Part shown: piece by piece, positions 53,105 to 64,000 of the stretch
Layout of the letters: every line of letters begins with the position of its first letter
Numbering within the stretch: position 1 is the first letter of the stretch
Assembly: GCA_015680685.1 (NCBI GenBank)
Contig: MNCI01000651.1
Location: 1,727,832-1,791,831 of the forward strand
Direction of reading: 5' to 3'
Source: Gnetum montanum
Taxonomy: Eukaryota > Plantae > Gnetophyta
Length of the DNA stretch: 64,000 nt
Made by a program: the position numbers and the translations under genes
Notes under the pieces: model-generated
The model's database searches: none
Told to the model about the DNA's origin: nothing
Seen by the model: the letters and a program-made list of their open reading frames with translations, nothing else

Positions 53105-53420
53105 ATGCCTCTTTTGTATTGCCCAACATTCATCATCATATAAGATAACAAGCTTAATTACTATTTTATAAGATTTTTCATTTAGTTTTATCAGGCTTCT
53201 TTTATCACATAGAACACTACTAGTCTACATTTTGATCATCTGGACTCAATACTATTTTAATATCTTTATCAATTTCACGATTTGATTGAAGAATTGAACT
53301 TAGGCACTAAAACTATTTATAATGGTGGAATTTTTGCCTTAAATTCATACTTCTATTTCATCATTTTTATGTTATTATTAAAATATAAATTCATGTATTC
53401 TATATTAGTTCTACTATATT
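53105..53420 (-). mobile_element. RTE-clade LINE, upstream part
   Basis: LSSILQSNREIDKDI...VLCDKRSLIKLNEKSYKIVIKLVILYDDECWA, contiguous with 43620-43929 once element B is removed. Confidence 0.8.
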
Positions 53421-53882
53421 GATGATTATGGTAATGGAAAAGATGTGATGCATAAGAAGATACATGAAAAATTCATATGGATATGTGTATCACCCACCTT
53501 GAGATCTTTTAAGATGAATATTCTTGATAAAGGAAGTATATAATACTATGGATTTAGTTGATGTTAGTAATTGCATTATGTATTATGAAGTGTTGAACTT
53601 GTGGTTACACACATAGTTGCTATTGATGTCTTCATAAATAATCATATATTTATTAGCTTAAATCTTAGCTATATTTTTTTTATTTTTATTTAATTTTAAA
53701 GTATAAAAGGTTTGAATATTTATTTTAATTTATTCATTTTTAACTAAGCCAATTATTGTGCACACTAAGCATGTTACATTCTTAGGCTAGGTACTATGGT
53801 TCAACAAATTGTAGATGCATGGGATGCATTGACATTATATTTAGATAACACTATCTACAATGTGATTAGTTAGTAACACTAT

Positions 53883-54826
53883 TAATGAGTGGCGAGGTAC
53901 CCCTACACTCAACCATACGAAATGAGCGTAGCACGCGCGATCCAGTTGAACTCCGCAGACTAAATGCCTAAACACCACAAGGAACACTTGGGGTTAATTA
54001 ATTGTTGTCTTCCTAGACTTACTTGTTGTTGTCACGGTGTATGGTTAAGTAAGTCCGAGGTATATGATTTTTTTGGTCTTTTCAGGTTTATCTCCTATGC
54101 TAAAGAGTGAAGGGTTGAGAGACTAAAACTAACTCTAACTACAACACTAAGTCCTAGTGTCAGCATCCGTTCCCACTTTCCCTACACACCCTGAACTGTG
54201 CAACTGTGGCTACCAAATGCTAATCATTACTGGGATTACCACACGTAACGCACGTGCTCGAAGCAGTCGTATTGAGGCACCTAACTAGCCTAAGTATGAT
54301 GAGCAGTCGATTCCTTAACTAGAAGTACACATCCGTAGATGCTCGTAATTAAGTCATACTCGTCGCACGTTCTAGGAGATAAGGGTAAGAGAATTTAATC
54401 TCGATGAGTAGCCGATTCCTTAGCTAGCTGTACACATTCGTCAATGCTCGTAACCAAGTCGTACTCATGCCGCGTTACTAGGAAAGCAATAAATAACATT
54501 AAATAAACCTATCCATGTACTTCAAGGTTTATCCACAAAGCTCATCTTTATTTCCGTACACAACTTGCGTTCAGGTACAAAGCTGCTCAAATAAAGAACC
54601 GTTCACTTGGGGGACTCCTACTACAGGCACATGGAAAATATTCTATCTCTGGAGTGATCAATCCACCAGAGCTTCACTACTTCTAGCCTAGGATGTCAAA
54701 TGAGGGGATTGTTGCCTCTTATTTATAGATTTGGCAGTGGACCATGATATCGCGTACGTGATATTGCAGGGGATGATGCGATATCACATACGCGATATCG
54801 CAGCTTGTGCATATCGTGTCTCATCA
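53883..54826 (-). repeat. 3' LTR of element A
   Basis: Direct repeat of 62979-63939; ~13 mismatches in the first ~170 bp, mostly at CpG. Confidence 0.97.
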
Positions 54827-56478
54827 TACCTCCATGACTGAATGAAAACTGGTCCTTGAGTTCCTTACAATAATATCAGGTAGGTATGGGATTATTGAGG
54901 GGAATGGAACTAATGGGATGACATGTGAACGGATCATTATTACAAGACTTGACAAAACTGGTGTTCGTGACAACAAAGGTGAACACCTTATTACAATGAC
55001 ATCAGGCCACATTTGGCAGCTGAGAGAAAGGAGGAGAGAGAAGAGAAGAGAAGAAGAGAGAAGAGTCTTGCTGCTGCCAACGCCAAGATTACGCTTTTCG
55101 TTGTCCATCCATAAGCGCGTCATCGATCTTGCTCCTTGCATAGCTGCTTCAACACTGCTCCATTCCAAGTGTTTGCTCCAGCTCCAGATCCAATCCGTTG
55201 TTTATTTAATTGCCACCTGCACACACAACACAATCATATATTAGCAAGGGTAATTGAATCATCATGTAATTGATACCTTACTTCGGTGTAGGTTCATTAG
55301 CTAGGTTGTGGTATGGCTGATATGGACCTGGGAAGATGTAGTAATGATGACTACCGAAGGTGTAGGGGTTAGGAAGATGATCAAAAAATTTCAGGGCTAG
55401 GAGAAAATCGAAAAAAGCAAGCCCCATACCCCCATGACTAATTGTGAACCTCCAGTAGCATTAGAATGGAGAAGAAAAGGAGTAAGAAAGATAGGTAAAA
55501 AGCGACAACTATGGCATCAATGAAGTGGATGTCAAGATGGAAATGAACAAAAATAAAATTAATTACAAAACATTAAGGGAAAGAAGTTAACAAATGTTCC
55601 AAATAGGAATGTCAGTGGGTCCTCCCCAAAGCAAGCTCATGCTGTTAATGCCCTGACAAACCCACATTCAAAGAGTTCGTAGGCTCTGGGAATGTCTTTT
55701 GGAACAAGAGTTAAAGTCTTAACCGTAAGAATTTACTGACAAGAAAACAATGCATCAACCAAAATATATACACTAATGATACAACCAGAAATGAGGTGAA
55801 CAATGGAGAGAAGGGTGGATAGGAGAGAAGAGAATGGAATGGAATCTCAAGAACAAGGTGGTGTACAGCCCCTTGTGTGTTTTATGGTTAATGTGACTTA
55901 GCAAGTCTCATTCCAAATCTGGCCTCAAACCAACCACTTCTAGTGACTTCGCATCAATGCATTTAGTTAAACCATCCACTTGGATAACGAGGATGCATCT
56001 TCAAAGAGCCACCACCATTCCGATGAAACAAAGGAGAGAACGGGAAGTGAGAAGGGCCTTAGTTAGAGGGAACACTTTTGGTTTCATAACCAGTGCTTGT
56101 AGCCCAAATTTTATTTCGTCTAAGGGGTGTGCTTTGAATCCTCACTTTGGTTGTTTTTTTTTTGTGTTTTATGTTTTTATGAGTGGGGACCACACCATGC
56201 AAAGACTTCTTATTTTTATTGTCTCAGCTTTCGACAATTGGGTAACATNGTTAAAGTTCTTATTAGAAGGGAACTGTACATTTCCAAGCTAGGAGAAACC
56301 ATAGAAATTGGTGGATGGATGGATGAAGTGATCTCATTGCCTGCCATATCAAAAGAAACATACCTTAGTATCAACATTGTAACTTAAAGGTAAAAACCAA
56401 ACATTAGCAATTAATATGAAAATAGTTCATACCATCAGTCTGAACACTTATTAGGTGACGAACTTACATGGTGGATGG

Positions 56479-56500
56479 CACACACACACACACACACACA
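56479..56500 (+). repeat. (CA)11 microsatellite
   Basis: Read directly from the sequence. Confidence 0.95.
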
Positions 56501-56689
56501 AAATAGAAAAGTATAACGATGGTGTAATTCAAAAACAGAGAAAGTTAAAGAAATTTGTAAAACAAAAACGTGTAAAAAAATGTGTAAAACAAAAAATGAA
56601 AAAAGAACTAAGGGTCCCATATGATTAGCATAGGTGGCCATCTCCCCCATGACTAAGTTGTAAGGGAGAGATCCAAAATAATGAGCATG

Positions 56690-59600
56690 GTTGCCTGCTG
56701 GTGGAGGCGTAATTTTCACTAGCCTTTGCGGCTTCACGGAAATGTTTTGTCTATTGCACATTAACCAATAACCTTTTATCTGGGCTGTTAGGCTTATATA
56801 TCATCATGGCTCTAGAGGGAAAGGTAGTATGAATAATATAAGGTCCTTCCCAAAAGGTTTGAAACTTTGTACGTTGGGGTACATGCATGGGGTTCCAGTA
56901 AAGGACCTTATCTCCTAGTTGGTACTTAAACTTTCAGATCCTTAAGTCATGACATTGTTTACTGTGTGCCTTGTGCAGCTCATTTAACGATAGTGCAACC
57001 AATCTATTCTCATCTAACACATTCAAAGTGGCTAGTCATTTTTTTTGTGCTAGGTTAAGATCTAGGTGAAGTTCGCAAGCCATGGACAGTGTACGGAGCT
57101 CACTCTGTATAGGGAGTTTTGGAAGTTTCCCATACACTAGCTCATAGGGAGAATATCCTGTAGGGAGCTTCCAAGTGGAATGGTACACCTAAAGAGCATC
57201 GTTCAGTTTCGTGCTCTAGTCTCGCCTAAATTTGCTAACTGTTCATGTTAATATTCTGGTAATCTCCCTATTAGTAACCTCGGCTTGACCATTAGCTTGG
57301 GGGTGGTAAGGTGTGGTCAGTTTATGCTCAACCCCTAAGCGTTGCATCAACTTTCTGAAGGTTGCACCCGTAAAATGTGTTCCATTATCAGAAATAAGTG
57401 CATGTGGCACACCAAACCTGTTAACAATTTGTTGTTGTATAAATCATGTAGCTGTAGATGATGTGCAATCTGTTACAGCACCTACTTCAACCCATTTGGT
57501 TAAGTAATCAACAGCAACGATTATATATGCTTTTCGTTGGACATTGGTGTAATCAGTCCCATAAAATCTATCCCCCAGATGCCAAAGGGTTCTAAAGGCT
57601 GAATCCATTGTTGCAGACCCTCCATCCTAGCAGTCATTCCCCCATCACGTTGGTAGCACTCATAGGATTGGGAAAAATGATGGGCATCTCGAAATAGTGT
57701 TGGCCAATAATATCCTACAAGCAGGACTTTAGTGGCCGTTCGTCTCCCGACATAATGACCCCCACAGGGGCCCTCATGAGCATCTTGGAGAACTTTTAAT
57801 TAATCTTGATTAGGTACACACCATCGAACCAAGCCATCAGGATAGACTTTATAAAGTTGTCCCCCGATTTCCATGAAGTATTTGACTTTGTGAAGAAACT
57901 ATTGTTTCTTCCTAAAGTCTAGTCTCTGTGGTATTTGTTGCGAAGTGAGATAAGTGAAAATGCTACTATACCAGTTTACTTTCATGGGTTGATTATTTAT
58001 TATAGTAGCAAAGAGGGTTTCATCAGGAAAATGGTCAGATACTGCATATTCATCCTCTTTGTTGTCCCAACGCAACCGAGATAGATGATCGGCGACTACG
58101 TTCTCGGTACCCTTGCGGTCTACAATAGTTAAATCGAACTCCTGAAGAATCACCAGCCAACGTATGATACATGGGATAATCGTTGGCTTATTCATAAGGA
58201 ACCTAATTGCACTATGATCTGTATGGATATATGCCTTGTAACCCAATACATAGTGCCTAAATTTATCCAATGCAAACACAGCAGCCATTAATTCTTTTTC
58301 TATAGTCATGTAGTTAAGTTGTGCACCGATGATACTCTTATTGGCACAATGGATGTAATAAGGTCATTTTTGTTCATCTAGTTGTGTCAGTACAGCTCCT
58401 AAAGCATAATTGGATGCATCGGTCATGATATGGAATGGTCTGGACTAGTCAGGCGCTTGTAGAATGGGAGTTTCCACATGCCTCTGTTTGAGAGCTTGAA
58501 ATGCTTATTCACATTCCCTGGTCCATTCGAATGGTGCATCTTTTTTTCTGAATTCTACCAATGGTTTGGAAACTTTGGAAAAGTTTGCAATAAACCTCCT
58601 GTAGTAGCCAATGTGTCCAAGGAATGACCTAACGTCTTTAATGGTTTCTGGTTGTCAGGTGATTCCTTGGATGACTTTAATTTTTTCTAGATCTACCTCA
58701 ATTCCTGATTGCAAAATTTTATGCCCTAGCACAATGCCCTCTTGAACCATCAAATGGCTCTTCTACCAGTTGAGCTTGAGGTTGGTTTCAACACATCGTT
58801 TCAATACTTGCTCTAACCGGTTGAGGGCTTGATCAAAGCTTGTCCCATAGGTGGAGAAGTCATCCATGAAGACTTCTACTCCATTGCCTATTTGTTGTTG
58901 AAAAATGCTTAGAACTAAGTGTTGGAATGTGGTAGGTGCATTGCACAAGCCAAAAGGCATTTTTTTATATGCGAACATTCCCCAAGGACTAGTGAATTTT
59001 GTTTTGGCTTAGGCTTCTGGCGTAATTCATATTTGGTTGTACCCACTATATCCATCCAGAAAGCTGTAATAGTGATGCCCTGCTATAGTGTCTAAGACTT
59101 GGTCCACAAATGGCAATGGGAAATGGTCTTTGAATGTTGCCATATTTAATAGCCTAAAATCTATACATACCCTCCATTTACCTCCCTTTTTTGGTAAGAT
59201 GACAAGAGGACTAACCCATTCGTTGTCAGCGATAGGGTAAATGAACCCTGGTTTGAGAAGTTGCTCTAGTTCCTCTTTCACTATTTGTTTTAGTTTCGGG
59301 TTCAATCGCCTCTGGGGTTGCTTGCGAGGTTTCATAGAGGGGTCTATATAAATCCTATGCTAGCATATCTGAGGATCTATTCTGGTTAGTTCAGGGTATG
59401 ACCAAGCAAAGGCGGTTGACCACTTGTTTATCACCCTTAGCAAGCTTTCTTTTTGTGTGGGTACGAGCTTTGCGTTGATGATCACCGATTTTCTATTTTT
59501 GAGGGTCACATATTCCAGATCGGTGGGTAACGATTTTAACTCTAGGGGCTCTTGTTTAAACTCCTCAGGAATCACCAACTTCCCCCAATTAATATTTTCA

Positions 59601-60520
59601 GAGTTAAAGGCTGGAAGTTGGCAATGGACTTGCTCTAATATGTCTGCATTTTTAAGGTAAGCACTAGTTATTCCATCAGCTAGTTTCATGCAGGTAGTTG
59701 GGTTGTTATCTTTATCAGCCATTAGCCACTGGGTGTTTTCTTGTCATGTGGCTGTTGCATATAGGCACTTTTGTATATCAATGTCCTGTGCACACCGATC
59801 ATATGCAGGCAATGTTAAACTTCGCATTACCCATGATTTCTGCACGCAATGACACCCTGTGTCACTCTATGTGATGCATGGAACTCTTTTCCTCTCAATT
59901 TTTCCAAACATATTTGTCTTGGATATTTCTAGGGAAAGGTTACGAATTCCTAAGCGTGCGTCGATTATATTTATCCATGCCCTTCCCATGATAATTGGGA
60001 AATCCCCTTTGTCATTGTTTATTTGGATCACTAGGAAATCGGCTGGATATGACCATCCACCGACAGTGGTAATAATGTCCTCAACCTGTCCCAGAGGAAC
60101 AGTGATGGATTGATCAGCTAGCTCTAGGTGAACATTGCTCTTCTTGAGTGGAGGCAGGTTCTAGGTTTTATACAGTTTTTGTGATATTACGTTGACCCCG
60201 GAACCTAAATCGAGGAGAGCCTTATGGGGTTCATTCCCAGTGACTTGGAGGTAAACTAAGGGGACTCCCGGATTTGATAATTTCTTTGGAAGGTGGCTGA
60301 CCTTGATCAAATCAGTTACTATATGTGTTAACATAACTGTATGCATTGGACGTGATTTCGCTGCTGGAGGATTTTCCAAAATCGTATTGGGTATGGGGGT
60401 GTTAGGATGCTCAACTGCTTGTGAGGGCGAAGGCTTCGTTGGATTGTTGGTCCTAAGGAAGGGTCTTTTTGATGAACGATTGTTAGGACCAACTGATATT
60501 GAAGGCTTGGGAGCCCTCAC
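56690..60520 (-). pseudogene. pol: gypsy pol (protease, RT, RNase H, integrase), disrupted
   Basis: ALLDLGSGVNVI; WRVCIDFRLLN; FLDGYSGYNQI; MPFGLCNAP; VFMDDF; EKELMAAVFALDKFR; ENVVADHLSRL; GIDFMG; ISDNGTHF. Confidence 0.96.
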
Positions 60521-60529
60521 AGTGTTAGG

Positions 60530-62837
60530 TTGTCATGGTTGAGTGGAATTTACTCTAGGCTTTGTTGGAGCTGTTGGTGCTGCGGCCACAGACGTGAGAG
60601 GTGCGGATGGATTTGGAGGATAACGTGGGTATGGGGCATTTCCCGAAGGAGAAGGAGTCCTAAAATATTCCTGAACTTGGTAGTAACATGGAAGTTTTAT
60701 GTGACCCGTAGAGTCACCTGGGAAAATCGGCCGCTGCACATAATATCCATGAGGGTCGGGCTGCTGGTAAGGGTACTAGTGTGTTGGTGGTGGTATCCCC
60801 CATGACTGTGGGTATTGCCACTACTGGTGTTGTCCAATAGGCTGTGGAGGTGTTTCACTTGGGTAATATGTTAAGGGTTGGTGGAACTGCCTTGGGTTAC
60901 CTTGTGGATAAGGTAACCTTTGGGGTGTTTGTTGTTGATTAAGTCTTGGATTTAACGCATACACCCCAGACTCCTACAGATGTGAGATAATTGGGCAACA
61001 TCCCTTAGGATGGTCATAGTAGCAGACCTCACATCCACTATCATCATCTGAATCAAAATTCACAGCCTCATCGGAGATAGGAATTTTCCCCTTACCATTT
61101 TTACGTGCAGGGCTTAAGTTTCTCCACTTGGTTTTGCCTTTGTCACTACTTTGTTCTACCTTAGACTCTTCTACGATTTTTAAGACTTTCTATTCTTGAT
61201 TCTAAGGAATCCCACATTTGGTCTACCTTAGCCGATACCTCGATTCTTAACTTTTGGATCGGCATAGTTTTCTAATTCACCAACTCTTCGAGTGGTGACT
61301 CATCCTCCTCATCACAGAATTTCACTCTCTTCTTGTGAAGGGAGGGATCGCGGTTGTATTCTTCTGCACTTTCTCTCTAACATAGCTCACCCTCTTCTTG
61401 CGCTACTTGTTCCAACAAGCTTTCAACTTCATCGGCTCTTAGTTGGGAAAGTCTCCCTTGGGCGTAAGTCCCAAGAGTTCTTCTCGTTTCATACCTTAGC
61501 CCATCCACGATGTGCCGAAGTTGATCCTGCTTAGTGTACCCATGGCCTGAGCAACGATGTAGTAGTGTATAGTAATGGGCCATGGCAGCATCCAAGGGTT
61601 CATAAGCACCTTGTTTCTAGCCTTGGATCTGCTTAAGAAAATTGGACACTCTGGAGTATGTTTGATATTTGGTGTTGAAAAGTTCAAGCATCATACTCCA
61701 CCTCCTGATGGTTTCCGGTTCTAAGGACTAGTACCAGCTCTCTGCCTCTTTAGTGAGTGTCCTTGGGAAAAACTTAAGCTTCTGCCCCTCATTATCTATA
61801 TTTTGTAAGGCACAGGCATCATGGAATGCCTGTAAATGATGTTGAGGATCAGCATTGTATCCTCCTTCAAAATGTGGGATATTATTTATGTCCAAATGCT
61901 TGATCTTGCTATCTTTTAGATGCCTTTTGGGGATCCTAACTACCTCTGTGATGTTTAGCATGCTTCGGGTTGCGAGTAAGGGTTCGTCATGATCATCCCT
62001 GTCATGATGTCTATGATGTCTTCGTGGTGGTTCCCTACTCTCCCTACGTCCTTGCCCTTGTCCTAACTCCCGACCTTCCTGTTGAGGTCTTTCATCTCCC
62101 TTACTTTTACCCTCTCCGTTGTGCTCATGATGGTTGCGCCCAGAGGTGGAAGGAGAGTGTGAATGGTGAGATGAAGGAGAAGAGGAAGGGGATCCATCAC
62201 CATGGCGATGTTTCTTACCTTCTCTTCAGCTGCTTTGGCCCCGATTGTTATAACAATCAAAGTGTCTATCCTTAGTGTGAGTGGTTATTCCTGCCGTGAA
62301 CAATTGGTGTTCATGGGGATTAGAGCCTGTAGCATGTACAGTTGATCGAAGGTTCTGATACCTAACCTCTTCATCATTGTGAGGAGGAGGAACATCATTT
62401 CCTAAAAAATCCATTATGAGGGGTTCCTCATCTCCTATTTCACTAAGGACATGGGGGACCTTGCCCTTCAATAGTGAGCGTTGGCTCTCTTGCCTTTCAT
62501 CCCTCAAACGTTGCAAAGCGGTGGGATGGTAATCCCTTATATCATATTCTCCAGCAACGTATTCAGCAAATAAGTCCTGCATGCCAATCTATGCTAAGGC
62601 ACGGAAGAGCATGTTCGGAACAGCTCGATCTGGTGGTAAAACTATGTTACCAAACAAATCTCTCCAGTGCAAGTATTCATCCTGATGGAGGGTAAAAGTG
62701 TAATCAGGAATATACTCATCGGGATGAGTATAAACTATCTTATACTATTTAGGACTTGGCTGTTTTAGGTTATGTGTATGTTGCTGACTATCTTTTGTGT
62801 TATTCCGAGGTGAATTAACCTTATGAGAAGAAGCCAT
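60530..62837 (-). pseudogene. gag: gag of element A with a long N-terminal extension
   Basis: ORFs 62226-62582, 61728-61961 (DPQHHLQAFHDAC) and 61377-61595; knuckle-like CEVCYYDHPKGCCP at ~61000. Confidence 0.9.
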
Positions 62838-62959
62838 TTTAATGGTGTGCTGTTCACCATTATATATGTTCTTATTTAACTAATTAACCCAAAGGTTCGT
62901 TAAGGCTCACAACGATGTGAAAGATTTCCTAATGTTCTAATTGGTGTACAAACACTTAG

Positions 62960-62977
62960 TCCCCGGCAACGGCACCA
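62960..62977 (-). promoter_or_regulatory. primer binding site, tRNA-Asp
   Basis: TGGTGCCGTTGCCGGGGA, one mismatch from the usual Athila PBS TGGCGCCGTTGCCGGGGA. Confidence 0.92.
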
Positions 62978-62978
62978 A

Positions 62979-63939
62979 TGATGAGTGGCGAGGTACCCCT
63001 ACACTCAACCATATGAAACAAGCGTAGCACGCGTGATCCGGTTGAACTTCGCAGACTAAATGCCTAAATGCCACAAGGAACACTTAGGGTTAATTAATCG
63101 TTGTCTTCCTAGACTTACTTGTTGTTGTCATAGTGTATGGTTAAGTAAGTCCGAGGTATATGATTTTTTTGGTCTTTTCAGGTTTATCTCCTATGCTAAA
63201 GAGTGAAGGGTTGAGAGACTAAAACTAACTCTAACTACAGCACTAAGTCCTAGCGTCAGCATCTGTTCCCACTTGCCCTACACACCCTGAACTGTGCAAC
63301 TGTGGCTACCAAACGCTAATCATTATTGGGATTACCACACGTAACGCACGTGCTCAAAGCAATCGTACTAAGGCACCTAACTAGCCTAAGTGTGACAAGC
63401 AGCCGATTCCTTGACTAGTCGTACACATCTGTAGATGCTCGTAATCAAGTCATACTAGTTGCATGTTCTAGGAGATAAGGGTGAGAGAATCTAATCGCGA
63501 TGAGTAGCCAATTCCTTGGCTAGCCGTACACATTCGTCAATGCTCGTAACCAAGTCGTACTCATGCCGTGTTACTAGGAAAGCAATAAATAACATTAAAT
63601 AAACCTATCCATGTACTGCAAGGTTTATTCACAAAGCTCGTCTTTATTGCCGTACACAACTTACGTTCAGGTACAAAGCTACTTGAATAAAGAACCGTTC
63701 ACTTGGGGGACTCCTACTGTGGGCACATGGAAAATATTCTATCTTTGGGGTGATCAATCCACCAGAGCTTTGCTACTTCTAGCCTAGGATGTCAAATGAG
63801 GGGAGTGCCACCTCTTATTTATAGATTTGACGACGGACCGCGATATCGCGTACGCGATATCATAGGGGACGACGCGATATCGCGTATGCGATATTGCAGG
63901 GAATGCGATATCGCGGCTTGTGCATATCGCGTCTCATGA
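62979..63939 (-). repeat. 5' LTR of element A
   Basis: Adjacent PBS and TSD; minus-strand TATAAATA at ~63815-63822; CGCGATATCGCG array at 63838-63931. Confidence 0.97.
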
Positions 63940-64000
63940 ACTATCTTTAACATGATATTCTAATCTTATATTATTTTGATTGAGTAATAACTACATCATA

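Larger units (their letters stand above)
53883..63939 (-). mobile_element. Athila-like element A: full gag-pol, least decayed element in the window
   Basis: LTRs 53883-54826 and 62979-63939; TSD ACTAT; PBS TGGTGCCGTTGCCGGGGA; PR-RT-RH-INT domain order. Confidence 0.96.

Noticed and set aside
1-64000. Minus-strand bias of insertions (about 11 of 15)
   Set aside because: The sample is small and the events are not independent

Overview
Plant, AT-rich, CpG-depleted, heterochromatin-like window with no recognisable host gene. It is a nest of at least 14 retroelement copies, all pseudogenised. (1) Ty3/gypsy Athila-like elements with a tRNA-Asp PBS: element A (53883-63939, TSD ACTAT) has gag-pol but only a vestigial 3' ORF; element B (43930-53104, TSD ATGCC) has gag plus a ~2.9 kb env-like ORF2 but no pol; two older fragments are also present. 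(2) Three Sirevirus-like Ty1/copia elements with homologous ~1.0-1.1 kb LTRs: two are pol-only, lacking the gag core (15374-~18370; 23327-29548, TSD TACTT), and one is gag-only (34884-40333, TSD TCCTA). (3) Several Tat-clade gypsy elements, three with a tRNA-Asn PBS; the readable ones encode only gag-protease, and one has lost gag and instead carries an 8-exon ~1000-codon antisense gene. (4) A chromovirus integrase remnant and an RTE LINE split by element B. The main theme is apparent division of labour: in three lineages the modules (gag, pol, accessory ORF) sit on separate LTR-related elements, and each family has its own palindromic motif array near its TATA box. All alignments and translations were done by eye; no searches were run.
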